Part shown: positions 1 to 10,983 of the stretch, one piece after another
Layout: each line of letters begins with the position of its first letter
How positions within the stretch are numbered: the first letter of the stretch is position 1
Sequence record: CP089609.1
Origin: a plasmid
Direction: 5' to 3' (one strand)
Length of the DNA stretch: 64,000 nt
Notes under the pieces: model-generated
Seen by the model: the letters and a program-made list of their open reading frames with translations, nothing else
Told to the model about the DNA's origin: nothing
Database searches by the model: none
Translations under genes and position numbers: made by a program

Positions 1-1545
1 AGCTTCGGCACGAGCATGCTCACCGAGAAGGCCTATGCCCTTGCCGATTACAACCGCCTCATCGAAGGTGCCGATGACGAGGTTGAAATCCGCTTCACCC
101 CAATCTTCGCCGTCGGCGCCAAGACCCATGCCGCGGCGACCGCCGCAGTCAACGACCTAACCCGAGCCTGCAAGGCCAAGCGCATCACCTTGGAAGCCCC
201 GCTGGGAGCCCAGCGAGAACTGTGGATGTCGATGGTGCCCGGCTCGCACCACACCAGAGCGATCGATGCGTGCGTGCACATCAGCACCAGCGCCGACGTC
301 GCCGCCTTTGTCCCGTGCGTCTCTGCCCGCGTTGGCGACATGACCGGCCCGATCATCGGTGTCAACCTCACGTCCGGCTGCTTTGAACCGGTCCACCTCG
401 ACGTCGTAGGAAAAACCGCTCGTCAGGAGGCGGCAAGCCTGGCGACCGTCGGCCAGCCCGGCGGCGGCAAGACGTACTTCCTGCAGACCGTCCTGGGCCA
501 GGTCATCGACCAGGCCGGCCAGGTCCTGGCGGTCGACCGCACCGAACGCGGCGAGTACGCCGAGTGGGCACGCGGGCTGACCAATCCCACCGTCATCAAC
601 CTGTCGAAGCCGGATTACAGCATGGATCCACTGCGGGTCTTCGACCGCAATGAGGCCGCCGGCCGCACTCTCGATCTTCTGCTTCCTCTGATCAACCTGT
701 CGGCAACCGACAGCGCGGCAAACCTGTTGCAGCGCATGCTTGCCCCCGACTTCCGAGACACCCACGGCATCCTGAGTCTGCCCAATCTCGTGTCGTTCAT
801 CACCGGCCCAGATCTGCCCGCCGAGTTCCGCTGCGGCGAGATCACGGCACTGGGCAATCTATTGAACTTCTGGGTTTCTGACCCCAACGCCGCCGTTCTG
901 TTCGACCCGAATCTCGACCCGCTGCGGCTGGACTCAGCCGCCACCATCATCCGCACCCACCGCTTGCAGCTGCCCACTGTTGAAGAAATCCACTCCCCGC
1001 ACCTGTTCAAGCAGCTGACCCCGACAAAGCACATGGGTCGCGCCTTGTACGGGCTCACCGCGACCATCGCGCGCCGCACCTTCTTCGATCCCCGGAATCT
1101 CGACCGCCTCGGCGTCTATGCCTTGGACGAGGCACACCATCTCACCACCACACACGGTGGCCCTCAGGTAGTTACCGAATTCGCCAGGGACGGCCGCAAG
1201 CACAACGCCGCCATCGTGATGGGTTCGCAGGATCCCGACGACTACGCCGACCTCACCGACTTCTTCACCACCTTGGTCGTCTTCAAGCAGACCAAGGAAA
1301 ACCAGGCCCGCAAATCGTTGAAGTGGCTCGGTCTGGATCCCGACGCCAACCCTCAACTCGTCAAAGACCTTCGCTACCACACCTCCCCGGCCGGCAAGAA
1401 CGGTGAGCAGCCTCCCGTGCATCGCCGCGGGGAGTGCTACATCCGCGATGCCGCTCTCAACATCGCGCGGATGAAGACTCTCGGCCCAGCACTGCAGCGC
1501 CGCGCTGAGAGGATGAACACCAACGCTCCCGGAGCCCGGCGATGA
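1..1545 (+). CDS. Conjugative transfer ATPase, VirB4/TrsE-like (5' partial; frame continues from window start)
   Basis: ORF is in frame from nt 1 with no upstream stop. Walker A GQPGGGKTYF and a DEAH-like Walker B (YALDEAHHL) spaced as in T4SS VirB4/TraE-family ATPases. It sits in an operon with a membrane protein, a wall hydrolase and an FtsK-like ATPase. Confidence 0.6.
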   Translation, partial: SFGTSMLTEKAYALADYNRLIEGADDEVEIRFTPIFAVGAKTHAAATAAVNDLTRACKAKRITLEAPLGAQRELWMSMVPGSHHTRAIDACVHISTSADVAAFVPCVSARVGDMTGPIIGVNLTSGCFEPVHLDVVGKTARQEAASLATVGQPGGGKTYFLQTVLGQVIDQAGQVLAVDRTERGEYAEWARGLTNPTVINLSKPDYSMDPLRVFDRNEAAGRTLDLLLPLINLSATDSAANLLQRMLAPDFRDTHGILSLPNLVSFITGPDLPAEFRCGEITALGNLLNFWVSDPNAAVLFDPNLDPLRLDSAATIIRTHRLQLPTVEEIHSPHLFKQLTPTKHMGRALYGLTATIARRTFFDPRNLDRLGVYALDEAHHLTTTHGGPQVVTEFARDGRKHNAAIVMGSQDPDDYADLTDFFTTLVVFKQTKENQARKSLKWLGLDPDANPQLVKDLRYHTSPAGKNGEQPPVHRRGECYIRDAALNIARMKTLGPALQRRAERMNTNAPGARR

Positions 1546-3698
1546 CCATTCTGTCCCGTCCGCGGCCCCTGTCCTGGGACACCACATGCCCGCCGCACCT
1601 TGCTGTCGCCGGCCTCCTCTTGCGCTGGGTCCACTCCGGAAGCCGTTGGCGCGTACGCATCTTCTACGGACTGCTCATCTGGCAACTCGCCGGCATCTTC
1701 CTTCTGGTCATCGCCGGTCCGGCCCTCGCAGATCCCGCGGGGGCACAGCCCGGCGGCGAAAAACCAAACCCCGCCGACACCTCAATGTTCGGCTGGATTG
1801 ACGTCAAAGACTCCAGCGACATCCCGGTCAGCCAGTACTTCATCGCAGTCGACCAAGGCAACGCATTCTCCGTCATCCCCGGTGTCAACAACGACAAGAA
1901 AGCGAACATCGCCCTGGCCCCGATCCTTGAACTCGAATACGGCTTGATCAAGATCACCTGCCAGATCGCGTTGTGGATCATCGGCTACGGACTGTCGTTC
2001 AAGTGGATGAACTTCATCGCCAGACCATTCCAAAAGCTCGGTGAGGCCACCGAAAGTCTCACCAACAGCACAGCACTCCTGGTACTCGCGTTGACTCTGG
2101 CCGGCGGTGTCGCAGCCTTCTCGGTAGTGCGCGGCCGCCACTCCAAAGCCGCATATCAAGTCGGCTCGGCGCTGGTGATCACCGCCCTGATGGGCAGCAT
2201 CTTCGCTCAACCAGTCGCTCAACTGCTCGGCGAAAACGGCTACCTGTCCAAAGCCCGCGACGTAGGTATCAGCATCTCGTCAGGCATTACCGACGGCACC
2301 GGAGTCTCCCCAGCCGGGTCGGAAGCCAGTATCAACAAGCTCCAGACCAGCCTGGCCGACGGATTCCTCCGCACCCCCACCCAACTCCTCAATTTCAACG
2401 CCAACGTTGACAAGAACGGATGCAAGGGCGTGTGGAACACCGGAATCCGCAATGGCGATCGAGACAAGCTCAAGGACAACATCGAAAAGTGCGGCGCCTC
2501 AGGCAAGAAGATGAAATACGCCGCCGATCACCTCACCGGCGACCGACTCGCCAGCGCCGCCGCCATCGAATTCCTCGCCGGGATCTTGCTGCTGTTCGGC
2601 TGCTTCCTGATCGGCAAGATCGTGCTAACCACCGTCATCGCACTGACCAACGCCATCCTCCTACCTGTTGTTGGCACTCTCGGCGTGGTGGCCGGCGGGC
2701 TGCAAGGCATGGCCTTCAAATGCCTATGCAACATCGGTCTGGCTCTAATCAAACTGCCGCTGACCGTCGTCTACGCCGGCGCCTACGCATCACTGCTAGG
2801 CAGCATGCTCAAAGTCGATGGAAACCCGGTCCAGATTCTGCTCCTCGCAACAGTTCTCCTCGTCATCGCAATCGTCGCTTTCCGGCGTATCGACGCGGGC
2901 CTGAAGAACTCTCACGGCAACGTTCTGAGCTTCCTCAACCGCGGCGGCGGATCCCCCGAGCTCCCCAAGGCCACCACACCCACTCTGCTTAAACGCACAG
3001 GAGCGTTGGCGCTGCAGGCGGGAGGGGCAGCCTTGGGTGTGCCGCCATCGCTGACTGGGTTGGCAATCGGCGCCGGCCGCGGAGTACACAACAAACTCTC
3101 GTCGTCGAAGGCGCACAAACTGCCGGCCACCCAGTCAGCACAAGAGCAGGAACGGCAGCAGTGGTGGGCACAGCAACACCAGTGGTATGGCGCGCAGTAC
3201 CAATGGTGGGCCACGAACCAGGCCAGCGAAAATGCACCTACTCCGGTCGGCTCTGGCCCGTCCTCCCCGCTCCCCGCGCCGCCGGCCGATGGCCCGTCGT
3301 CGTCCGCGCCACGGGTCAACGAAATCCTTCGCGAAGCGCCTCCGATGCATCCTTACGTCGCCAGCGCTGTCGGCGCCATGCCTCAGCAGATTCAGCCCGT
3401 CATTTCTCTTCCGCCTGAGGACCACCCTCACCACACCGCTGGCGGCGGTTCAGTGCCGCCCGTTAACACGTCGTTCTGCGGTGCGCCGCTAGCCCGCGGC
3501 GGTCGATGCAGTAACCGCGCCGGTTCGTGCCCTCATCACTCTGCCGGTGGAGGAATTCTGCCGCCCACACGGGCTCCGCAGCCCACCCCGGTCTATTCGG
3601 CTCCCTCCCCGCCGATTCCGCCCGCACGATGTCCATGCCCTCCGAACCGACGCCCTCGTCCGAGGTGTCCCCGGCGCGGTCCCGAGTCGCCGACCTGA
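1542..3698 (+). CDS. Polytopic membrane protein with Pro/Gln/Trp-rich C-terminal tail (possibly VirB6/TrbL-like channel component)
   Basis: 718-aa ORF with at least 8 hydrophobic helices. Its ATGA start overlaps the upstream ATPase stop. The C-terminal 100 aa are compositionally odd and may be mistranslated. Confidence 0.5.
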   Translation: MTILSRPRPLSWDTTCPPHLAVAGLLLRWVHSGSRWRVRIFYGLLIWQLAGIFLLVIAGPALADPAGAQPGGEKPNPADTSMFGWIDVKDSSDIPVSQYFIAVDQGNAFSVIPGVNNDKKANIALAPILELEYGLIKITCQIALWIIGYGLSFKWMNFIARPFQKLGEATESLTNSTALLVLALTLAGGVAAFSVVRGRHSKAAYQVGSALVITALMGSIFAQPVAQLLGENGYLSKARDVGISISSGITDGTGVSPAGSEASINKLQTSLADGFLRTPTQLLNFNANVDKNGCKGVWNTGIRNGDRDKLKDNIEKCGASGKKMKYAADHLTGDRLASAAAIEFLAGILLLFGCFLIGKIVLTTVIALTNAILLPVVGTLGVVAGGLQGMAFKCLCNIGLALIKLPLTVVYAGAYASLLGSMLKVDGNPVQILLLATVLLVIAIVAFRRIDAGLKNSHGNVLSFLNRGGGSPELPKATTPTLLKRTGALALQAGGAALGVPPSLTGLAIGAGRGVHNKLSSSKAHKLPATQSAQEQERQQWWAQQHQWYGAQYQWWATNQASENAPTPVGSGPSSPLPAPPADGPSSSAPRVNEILREAPPMHPYVASAVGAMPQQIQPVISLPPEDHPHHTAGGGSVPPVNTSFCGAPLARGGRCSNRAGSCPHHSAGGGILPPTRAPQPTPVYSAPSPPIPPARCPCPPNRRPRPRCPRRGPESPT

Positions 3699-3725
3699 TT
3701 AATACGCCCCGGTAAGCGCAGCGCC

Positions 3726-4922
3726 ATGAATTTGAGTTCCAAGTCGCTCATCGCGGGGCTGATCACTCTGCTGATCAGTGCCATGGCCATCCCGATCGTG
3801 ATTATCGGGATGGTCATCGCGCCGTCGTCATCCGTCAACAGCCCTGACCAGCAGCTCAACGACTGCGACACCCAGATGCGCGCTGCCGGAGTCCTGGCCC
3901 AGAACGCCCCAGCCACCACTGTCACCGGACCCAACGCCGGATCCAACGCGGAAACCGTTGTCGCAGTCGGCGAGAAGATGGGCATCCCGCCCCAAGGCAT
4001 CATCGTCGCGCTGGCCACGGCCCTCACCGAATCGGGCTTGAAGAACTACGCCAACGACGGCTCCGATCCGCGCCTCAAACCTGACCAGAAGGGTGTCGAG
4101 GCGTCACTGCGGTTCCCGCACGACGCGGTCGGCCGTGACCACGGATCCATCGGCATCATGCAGCAACAGTGGCCCTGGTGGGGCACCATGCAAGAGCTCA
4201 TGACGCCGGCGATCGCCGCGCGCAAGTTCTACGAAGCACTACTCAAAGTCGCGAACTGGCAGAACCTTCCGGTAACCGTCGCCGCGCAGTCGGTGCAGGG
4301 CAGTGCGCTGCCCGATGCCTACGCCAAATGGGAACCTCGAGCACGAGCGCTCTACGCCGCCTACCGCGGCGCCGGCGGGCATACCAGCGACGAGGACGCC
4401 GCCATGGTCGGCGTCGCCGTCGCCGCAACAGGCCCCGCCGACAACCAGGAAGCCAACGCCGGCAACAGCGGCTCTCTGTGCGACATCCTCAAAGTCAGTG
4501 TCGCCCAACAAAAGGTCCAGGAAGCCAACCCAGCAATCCACTCCAGCGAAGCCGGAGTACGAGCTGTCCGAGCCGCCCAGTCGCAAATCGGCCAGCCGTA
4601 TGTATGGGGCGGCGGAGCACTCGACGGGCCATCCAAAGGCGGATTCGACTGCTCTGGCCTGACCCGCTACGCCGTCTACCAGGCCACCGGAAAAGAACTA
4701 CCACGCACCACATACGACCAAGTCAACGCCGGGGTCGCAGTCCCCGACCTCAGCCAAATGCTCCCCGGAGATCTCGTGCTGTCCAACTTCAGCGAGCGCG
4801 GCCCCGAACACGTCCAGCTCTACGCCGGCGGCGGCCAGGTCGTGGAAGCTCAAACCTTCGGCGTACCCGTGAAAATGAGTCCGTTCCCGAAGGACAAGGT
4901 GATCGTCCGCCGTGTCCTGTGA
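3726..4922 (+). CDS. Secreted peptidoglycan hydrolase: transglycosylase-like domain + C-terminal NlpC/P60 peptidase
   Basis: N-terminal TM/signal segment. The central domain has GSIGIMQQQWPWW...AARKFYEALL (lysozyme-like/transglycosylase fold). The C-terminus has GQPYVWGG..GFDCSGL...HVQLYAG, the NlpC/P60 Cys-His signature. Confidence 0.75.
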   Translation: MNLSSKSLIAGLITLLISAMAIPIVIIGMVIAPSSSVNSPDQQLNDCDTQMRAAGVLAQNAPATTVTGPNAGSNAETVVAVGEKMGIPPQGIIVALATALTESGLKNYANDGSDPRLKPDQKGVEASLRFPHDAVGRDHGSIGIMQQQWPWWGTMQELMTPAIAARKFYEALLKVANWQNLPVTVAAQSVQGSALPDAYAKWEPRARALYAAYRGAGGHTSDEDAAMVGVAVAATGPADNQEANAGNSGSLCDILKVSVAQQKVQEANPAIHSSEAGVRAVRAAQSQIGQPYVWGGGALDGPSKGGFDCSGLTRYAVYQATGKELPRTTYDQVNAGVAVPDLSQMLPGDLVLSNFSERGPEHVQLYAGGGQVVEAQTFGVPVKMSPFPKDKVIVRRVL

Positions 4923-5277
4923 GCACCAAAACTCCAGCCATGAACGACGTACACAACGCCTCAACGCACACGAACTTCGCTGCCACATTCTTCGTGTGCT
5001 GCAAGCAGCCGACGGTCCGCTGACCACGGCGCAGCTTCGCGATCGGATCAGCACATCGCTCGGTCGCACGGTGGTGATCGAAACTGTCTACCGGGCCTTG
5101 GCGATCCTGGCCGACCGCGGCGCGGTCCGCCGTACCGCGCGCTCCCAGGGCCGCCATACCCACTGGGTGGTGGCCGATGCCGCCTTAGTCGGCGGCCTTG
5201 GCCCAGATATTGCTGCCTCCGCCGTGACCGGATCGCCAGATCCACCGGCATATACCTCAGGCCATGAGCACCACTGA
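4912..5277 (+). CDS. Winged-helix DNA-binding protein (PadR/ArsR-like)
   Basis: 121-aa ORF; LRCHILRVLQAADGPLTTAQLRDRI...VYRALAILADRG matches a wHTH recognition pattern. Start is uncertain. Confidence 0.45.
   Translation: MSCEHQNSSHERRTQRLNAHELRCHILRVLQAADGPLTTAQLRDRISTSLGRTVVIETVYRALAILADRGAVRRTARSQGRHTHWVVADAALVGGLGPDIAASAVTGSPDPPAYTSGHEHH
5247..5266 (+). promoter_or_regulatory. Leaderless promoter/start motif GGCATATACCTCaGGcCATG (copy a)
   Basis: The motif ends in the ATG of 5264-6046. A TATACC hexamer sits at -13..-8 relative to the A of the ATG. Confidence 0.5.
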
Positions 5278-6046
5278 CCCCGTGCGCGATCCCGATGAGG
5301 CCGCAGATTGGCCCGACGACTGGGACTCTTTTGATGAGTCGGGCTACCTCGACAATGACGCGCCGGCAGCGGTCCCACGCGTGGAGTTGATTCCCTCGAT
5401 GTGGGCCTACTCTGACGGCGCAGAGCATCGCCCGCCGACCCATCGGCGCAAGATTGGTGTTGCCGTGGGGATCGTCGGTGTGGTTCTGGGCGCGCTGGTG
5501 TGGTGGTGGTCTGACCGATCCGACACGGCCAGCGCCGTGATCATCACCCCTGCCCCGGCCTCCGCACCGCCCAGCTCAGCTCAAGCGCCCGATGACTCGA
5601 CGTATGCCGCCGTGCCGACGATCGATGCTCCCCCGCCGACCGGCCAGCCAGCCACCGGCCCTGCCGACCAGGTAGCTGCCGGCTTCGCCGCCGACTACGG
5701 CAATCCCGGTACGGGCAAAGACGACTGGCTGGCCCGCATCAGTCGATGGACCTCTCCGCAGCTGTCCGACGGATACCGGTTGACAGACCCGAACCGGTTG
5801 CCAGAAGCAGTCTTTCAGCATCTTTCCCCGCCGCTCAACGATGACAGCGGCACGATCGTCTACAACGCGATCTACGACACCATGACGTTGGAAATCCGCC
5901 TAGGGTTCGTCGAGGACCGGTGGCAAGTCATCGCCGCGCTCGACACTCAATCCCACGTCGCTGACGTTTCTCCACCGGGCAGCACACCGGCACCGACTCC
6001 TCCGTTTCTTCCACCCGGGCTGACCCCAGTGCCCGCCGGAACGTGA
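5264..6046 (+). CDS. Pro/Ala-rich membrane-anchored hypothetical protein
   Basis: 260-aa ORF with a single TM helix (VAVGIVGVVLGALVWWW). The start codon sits directly after the conserved GGCATATACCTC..CATG motif. Confidence 0.55.
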   Translation: MSTTDPVRDPDEAADWPDDWDSFDESGYLDNDAPAAVPRVELIPSMWAYSDGAEHRPPTHRRKIGVAVGIVGVVLGALVWWWSDRSDTASAVIITPAPASAPPSSAQAPDDSTYAAVPTIDAPPPTGQPATGPADQVAAGFAADYGNPGTGKDDWLARISRWTSPQLSDGYRLTDPNRLPEAVFQHLSPPLNDDSGTIVYNAIYDTMTLEIRLGFVEDRWQVIAALDTQSHVADVSPPGSTPAPTPPFLPPGLTPVPAGT

Positions 6047-6176
6047 TCCTCAACTCCTCTCCTGGCCCTAATGGAGATCCCTCAGAACAGGACGCCCGCA
6101 TGCCCGAGCTGATCGTCCCCGCCGATCTCAACGACACCGCCGGATCGAACCCGGCGGCGCATCCCAGGCGGTCGTT

Positions 6177-8452
6177 ATGACGCGGCGCCGCGAATCTCAG
6201 CTTGTTTGGCGAGGCACCCAGGTGCCGTGGGTGGCCGCTACGCTGCTCGTCGGCTCGCTTGGCATCGCAGTCGCCGAGTGGTCACATTTGAGCGATCCTG
6301 AGCGAGTTCCCATGTTCGCAGCGGCCATCATGATGGCCGCGTCGCTGGCCGCCGCAGCGATCACCGCCATCTTCACCTACCAGGCCTCCAGACGGGCCAG
6401 CATCACAGCTGAGCTCGTCCAGGCGTTGCATCAAGTATTGGGGTGGTCCGAAGCAAGTCACGGAATTATCCGCGCCAGCTCCTGGAAATCATTGGATGCC
6501 AAGGCCAGTCGCCACGGAGTAGCACCGCAGAAGGTCCGGATGACCTACACGCCGGCAGCCTCCGCGGCGATCAAACAACAGACCGTCGCCGCCCGGGGAC
6601 GCAGCAGCGCCCCGACTCTTTCAGAACCCTCGACAGACGACGCCGCCGGGGCCAATCCCGACTGGCTTCGCGTCATCAAGGATCTGCTGGCAGAAACGCT
6701 CGGACAGCCCTACAAGCTGTCGGTAGACCGTCGACGCTGGCAGTTGACCGCCATCCCGCTATCCGACGCGGACGAACCAGAGGAAGAGCCAAAAGCGATA
6801 CAACGGCTCAGGGCGATCATGGCGACCCTGTTCGAGAACACCGCCACGGTCACCAGCTACGAGATGAACAGCAAGGGGCACATTACTGAGTTCGTGGTGA
6901 AGCACGACATATCGGCCAAACTTATTGGAACGCCACGCATTCACCGCATTGAGCGTGTCGTCACCACGGTGTTGCCCGGGCGCTGGCGCGGCGACTTCGA
7001 TTGGATGACTGACACAGTCACATTCCAGCTGCGGCCCACCCTGCCCAAGCTGGTGTGGCCCCGTGTCTACCCCGAGACTGCGGGTAATGCAGCTGCTCTG
7101 GCGGCCTACAGGAGCTGCAAGTTCGTCTACGCCTACGACGAAGATCGCAAGCCGATTTCCTGGGAGCCGCGAAAGGTACCGCACCGACTGATCATCGGTC
7201 CCACAGGCAGCGGCAAGACTAGTACGATCCACACCTTTATCACGCAGGCTTCGCGCGCCCACTGGGCGATCAGCATCGCTGACCGAAAGAACGTGGAGTA
7301 CAAGGGTTTCCGAGACTGGCCGAACGTTCAGATGGTGGCTACCAGGATCGAAGACCAGATCGCCCTGATCCACTACGCCTGGGTACTGATGAAACAGCGC
7401 TACGAAAGCGTCGAGACAGGTGCGGCGCGGATCGAAGACTTCCCACCGGTCTTGCTGGTGCTCGATGAATTCACTGAACTGGTCAAAGATATCGCAGCTT
7501 GGTATATCAAGCTGCGCGGCTCACGTAAGCCATCCGAAATCAAAGGGTGGCCCAAAGAACTACCGATCGAGGAGGAAGTTGGGTCGATTCTGCGTCTGGG
7601 CCGCACCGCCCGCATCCACATCATCATCGGCATGCAGCGTCCCGACGTGAAGTACGTCGAAGGCGAGAACCGTGACAATCTGACAGGTCGACAGTCCCTG
7701 GGCCGGCTTGGCCGCCAAGGCGCCGACATGCTGTGGGGCGACTACTACACCGGCACCACGATCCCGCCCGGGCTGCTCGGCCGGGGAATGGCCTATGACG
7801 ATCACGGTGACCCTGTCGAAGTACAGAACTTTTTCACTCCCGATCCGAACAAGCCCGACGACTTGGCCGATAGCAACGCCAACAAGGTTCTCAAGGCGCT
7901 GCGCCCGACCACCACCACCCACAAACGCATCGTGTTTGACACTCCGTTCGACCCGCACCAGGACGACGACTTTACATGGACTGACTACCTGGAGGCGCCC
8001 GTTTGGTATGCGACGGATCGTCCCGACTTGGACCCGATGAGCCCGAGTATCGGTTCAAGCCCAAGGCGTCGGCCACGGATCCGACGGCGGCCACCTCGGC
8101 TCTGGGACCCGGTCTTACCCCAAATGTCACCCCGCTGCGGCAGAGCACAACCAGTGGTGGCTCCAAGACGCGTCGCAGGGACGTTGAGGATGACAAGTGG
8201 GCTGGATACGGATCGCCGGCGCCGCGCGCCGTCGATGACCTCCTAATTGGCGACCTGGTGTGCGTGGATCCCGGCCATGGGGTGTGGGCAATCCTGGAGA
8301 AAGAGCCCGAACCCGACCCGATCGATCCTGATGCAGTGATGCTCAGCGTGCGCGGCGAAGGCGACCAGTTCGACCTACTAACTGTTCCCTCCGAGGGCAC
8401 GGTGGTCTCCCGCCCGCTACTTGACGACGACGAGGAATCCAGCGCCGCATGA
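6177..8452 (+). CDS. FtsK/SpoIIIE-family DNA translocase, TraB/TcpA-like conjugative coupling ATPase; apparent frameshift near 7985-8040
   Basis: Two N-terminal TM helices. Walker A LIIGPTGSGKTS, Walker B VLLVLDEFTEL and an arginine-finger region RLGRTARIHIIIGMQRP. After about nt 8030 the GC3 signal moves to a different frame (ORF 8003-8452, acidic C-tail) while the original frame turns Arg-rich. Confidence 0.7.
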
Positions 8453-8476
8453 CGCACGTGAAGAGGAGTTCAGGAC

Positions 8477-8779
8477 ATGACGCAACCCCAACAGTCCGGG
8501 GAACCGGACTGGGTCGAGACGTTCTTTCCGCTGATCATCGCCGGGATGATCGGGTTTGTGGTGTACATCCAGCGCGGCGCGATTCTCGGCTGGCTCGCCA
8601 CCGAACACATCCTTATCGCACCCGCAGCCCAGCCGCCGATAACGCTTTTCGAGGGCTACGGTATCGACGTTGCCCGCATCGCATTCCTACTCATTCCGGC
8701 CACAGTCGCGGTTATATCCGCGGTGGTTATCGGCTTGACTATCTGGCGCAATTGCACAGCTCCGCGGCGGCCTCGCTAG
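8477..8779 (+). CDS. Small membrane protein
   Basis: 100 aa with 3 hydrophobic helices and a GAAGAGGAG SD. The longer overlapping ORF 8449-9306 is Arg-rich junk in this part. Confidence 0.5.
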   Translation: MTQPQQSGEPDWVETFFPLIIAGMIGFVVYIQRGAILGWLATEHILIAPAAQPPITLFEGYGIDVARIAFLLIPATVAVISAVVIGLTIWRNCTAPRRPR

Positions 8780-8868
8780 CTAATTCGCCTGGGATTCCCT
8801 GTCTTCACCTGGGTACGATATGTCTCCATAGCAATCCGGTTCGTAGCACCGAGGAAGGGTCGCTCTGT

Positions 8869-9306
8869 ATGCCGAGAAGCACCAGCAAGAAGGCTCAGTA
8901 TCAAGCCGCGGCGGACAAAGCTATTCGAGATCAGCTGGCCCAACGTAAAGCATTGGTAGGTGCGATCGGCACCGCCGAGGAGAAGTACGAGCAGCAACAG
9001 AAGACGGTTGCCGACGCTCAGCAGCAACTCGAAGTGCTCGCCAATGAAGTCGCCGACGCCTACAACAACGCCATTGAGGGCGGTTGGACTGCGGCCGAAT
9101 TGAAGGGCCTCGGCATCAGCCGGCCGGATGCGAAACCCACCAAGGCCAAGAGCAGCAGCTCCAAAGCGGCCAACAGCGCTGACAATTCGGGGTCGTCGCA
9201 CAACCCACAGACCACCGATAACTCGGACAGTGAGGCGCCGGCTGACACCGAACCAGCGTCGGCCACCCCGGACCCACACCTCGACCCCATGCCTTCCTAC
9301 CAGTAG
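8869..9306 (+). CDS. Coiled-coil / low-complexity hypothetical protein
   Basis: ATG at 8869 preceded by a GAGGAAGGG SD. Gln/Ala-rich helical N-terminus and Ser/Asp-rich tail, with coding-like codon usage. Confidence 0.5.
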   Translation: MPRSTSKKAQYQAAADKAIRDQLAQRKALVGAIGTAEEKYEQQQKTVADAQQQLEVLANEVADAYNNAIEGGWTAAELKGLGISRPDAKPTKAKSSSSKAANSADNSGSSHNPQTTDNSDSEAPADTEPASATPDPHLDPMPSYQ

Positions 9307-9331
9307 CCAGTAGTCCCCGAGGAGTTCAGCG

Positions 9332-9604
9332 ATGCCAGCACAGTCCGGTGGCGACACCTACCCAATGACTGGAGATCCCGCGATCGACGAGGCGATCCGC
9401 CAGGTGTTCACCGATCTGGTCGACGTCCGTGACGCCCACGGCACGGGCCAAACTCCGGTGAGCGGCACCTATTTCACCGACGCGGCCAAAACGGCTTCGG
9501 CCATCCACACCGGGATCCAGGATGTCAGCCGGTCGGCCGGCACTCACTGGCACGGCGAGTCCGGCGATATCTACCAGGCAATCACCAAGCGCCTCGCAAC
9601 CTAG
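9332..9604 (+). CDS. Small hypothetical protein (90 aa)
   Basis: ATG preceded by a GAGGAG SD 8 nt upstream. Confidence 0.45.
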   Translation: MPAQSGGDTYPMTGDPAIDEAIRQVFTDLVDVRDAHGTGQTPVSGTYFTDAAKTASAIHTGIQDVSRSAGTHWHGESGDIYQAITKRLAT

Positions 9605-9639
9605 AACCCAGCGAAGAGTAACGACGAGGGGACTCAACA

Positions 9640-10976
9640 ATGAGTACCGACGGAGCGCAAGACACCCACACCGCGCCCGACCCGCGGGCCGCCACCCTGC
9701 CCAGTCCTCTGGCGGACCTTCTGAACTCCATCCCGAAACCGGCGGCCCCGGCCCCGGCACCGGCACCGGCCCCGGCACCTGCCTCCGGCGGCGGTGGTTC
9801 AGGCAACGGCGGCAAAGGCGGTGGCGGCAACCCCAAGGGCGGCGGCGGTAGCGGCGGACAAACCGGGTCGGGCGGCGGAGCCAACACAGCCTCTCAGACC
9901 GATCAGACCGCAGCCGGGGCCGTCGACGCGTCCGCCGCCAACTCTGCGGCTGGTTTCAACAACAGTCAGGGCAACCTCGACCAGCTGCGCGCCGAGATCG
10001 CACGCCTTGGACCGATCCTTGGCACTCCCGAAGGTGATCAGCAGTTGATGGAAGCGCTGCAGCGCTACCTCAATGCCGGCGGCGGACAGCTGCAGGCCAC
10101 CGATGGCGCTTCACAACAACAGGCTGGAAGCCTCCAGTCGCTGCTCGACCAGCTGCAAAGTGACAAGAAGTCGAAGTCCTCCAGCAAGGACGAAGACGAT
10201 GACAGCTCCGACCACAAGGACAAGGGCAAGGACGAATCGTTCAGTGCCAGCGACCTCAAAGACATGTTGTCGTCGCTGCCCCAGGCACTTCAAAGCCTCA
10301 ACCCCTTCGGGCAGCAGTCCCCGTTCGGTCAGCAATCCCCCTTTGGACAGCAATCTCCCTTTGGGCAGCAGTCCCCGCTCGGTCAGCAGTCCCCGTTCGG
10401 GCCGAACAGCAATTCGCCGACCAGCGGCGGTATCACCCCGGCGGCCAATCCGTTCGGATCACTTCCAGGCACAGGATCCAGCGGCAGTTCAGGCAGCAGC
10501 GGTGGAACGCCGGGTACCCCGGGTCTCCCTTCGACGCTCTCAAAACCGAGGCGGAGAAGGAGGGCGGCGACGGTGGCGACGGCAAGGACGACCCCAACAG
10601 CAAGAGCGTGACGTTGCCCAACGGGGAAACGATCGAGGCCGCTACCCCCGAGTTGGCCAAGGCCATGCGCGACAGCATCAACAACGACAACGCCGCAGCC
10701 GTGTACCAGGAGGCGGGCATCGACACCAGCCACGGCGAAAGTGTGGATCCCGACCAGGTACAGCCAGGCGATTGGGCCCGCTACGACGATGGCAGTATCC
10801 GGGTCGCGGCCGGACCCGGAAAAGTGCTCAACAACGGCCAGGTGGTCGACGTAACTTCGTCCTCAGGTGAAACCGACGGCTTCGAAGGCTGGTACTCACC
10901 ACCGGACAGCGGTGGCGATGCGAGCAGCAGCGGTGGCACGACGGACACCACCGTGACAGCAAGCAAGCATCAGTAG
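9640..10976 (+). CDS. Secreted/low-complexity repeat protein (PAPA run, Gly-rich GGxGG run, 5x FGQQSP), frame switches near 10505-10525
   Basis: ORF 9640-10611 and ORF 10608-10976 are both coding-like and meet at a CCCCGGG run. After GGTPGTPG the +1 frame reads SPFDALKTEAEKEGGDG..., while the original frame decays into RRRRRAATVATART. Confidence 0.55.
10305..10400 (+). repeat. Tandem 18-nt repeat x5 encoding FGQQSP
   Basis: ttcgggcagcagtccccg-like units repeated five times directly in the sequence. Confidence 0.85.
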
Positions 10977-10983
10977 GCCCCCG

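Noticed and set aside
2420-5163. Numerous 60-200-aa overlapping ORFs rich in Arg/Pro/Trp (for example 2420-2992, 4169-5023, 10073-10870, 27101-28309).
   Set aside because: They are alternative-frame artefacts inside longer, well-supported genes in this GC-rich DNA. Their composition and GC3 are non-coding-like.
8449-9306. The long 285-aa ORF was considered as a single gene.
   Set aside because: Its first about 140 aa are Arg/His-rich out-of-frame translation of the 8477-8779 membrane gene. Only the part from ATG 8869 looks coding and has its own SD.
9332-9604. A WXG100 (Esx-like) secretion substrate was considered because of a W-H-G tripeptide.
   Set aside because: The tripeptide lies near the C-terminus (residue about 73 of 90), not in the central turn. 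No EccC/EccB-type genes are adjacent. It is kept as a plain small hypothetical protein.
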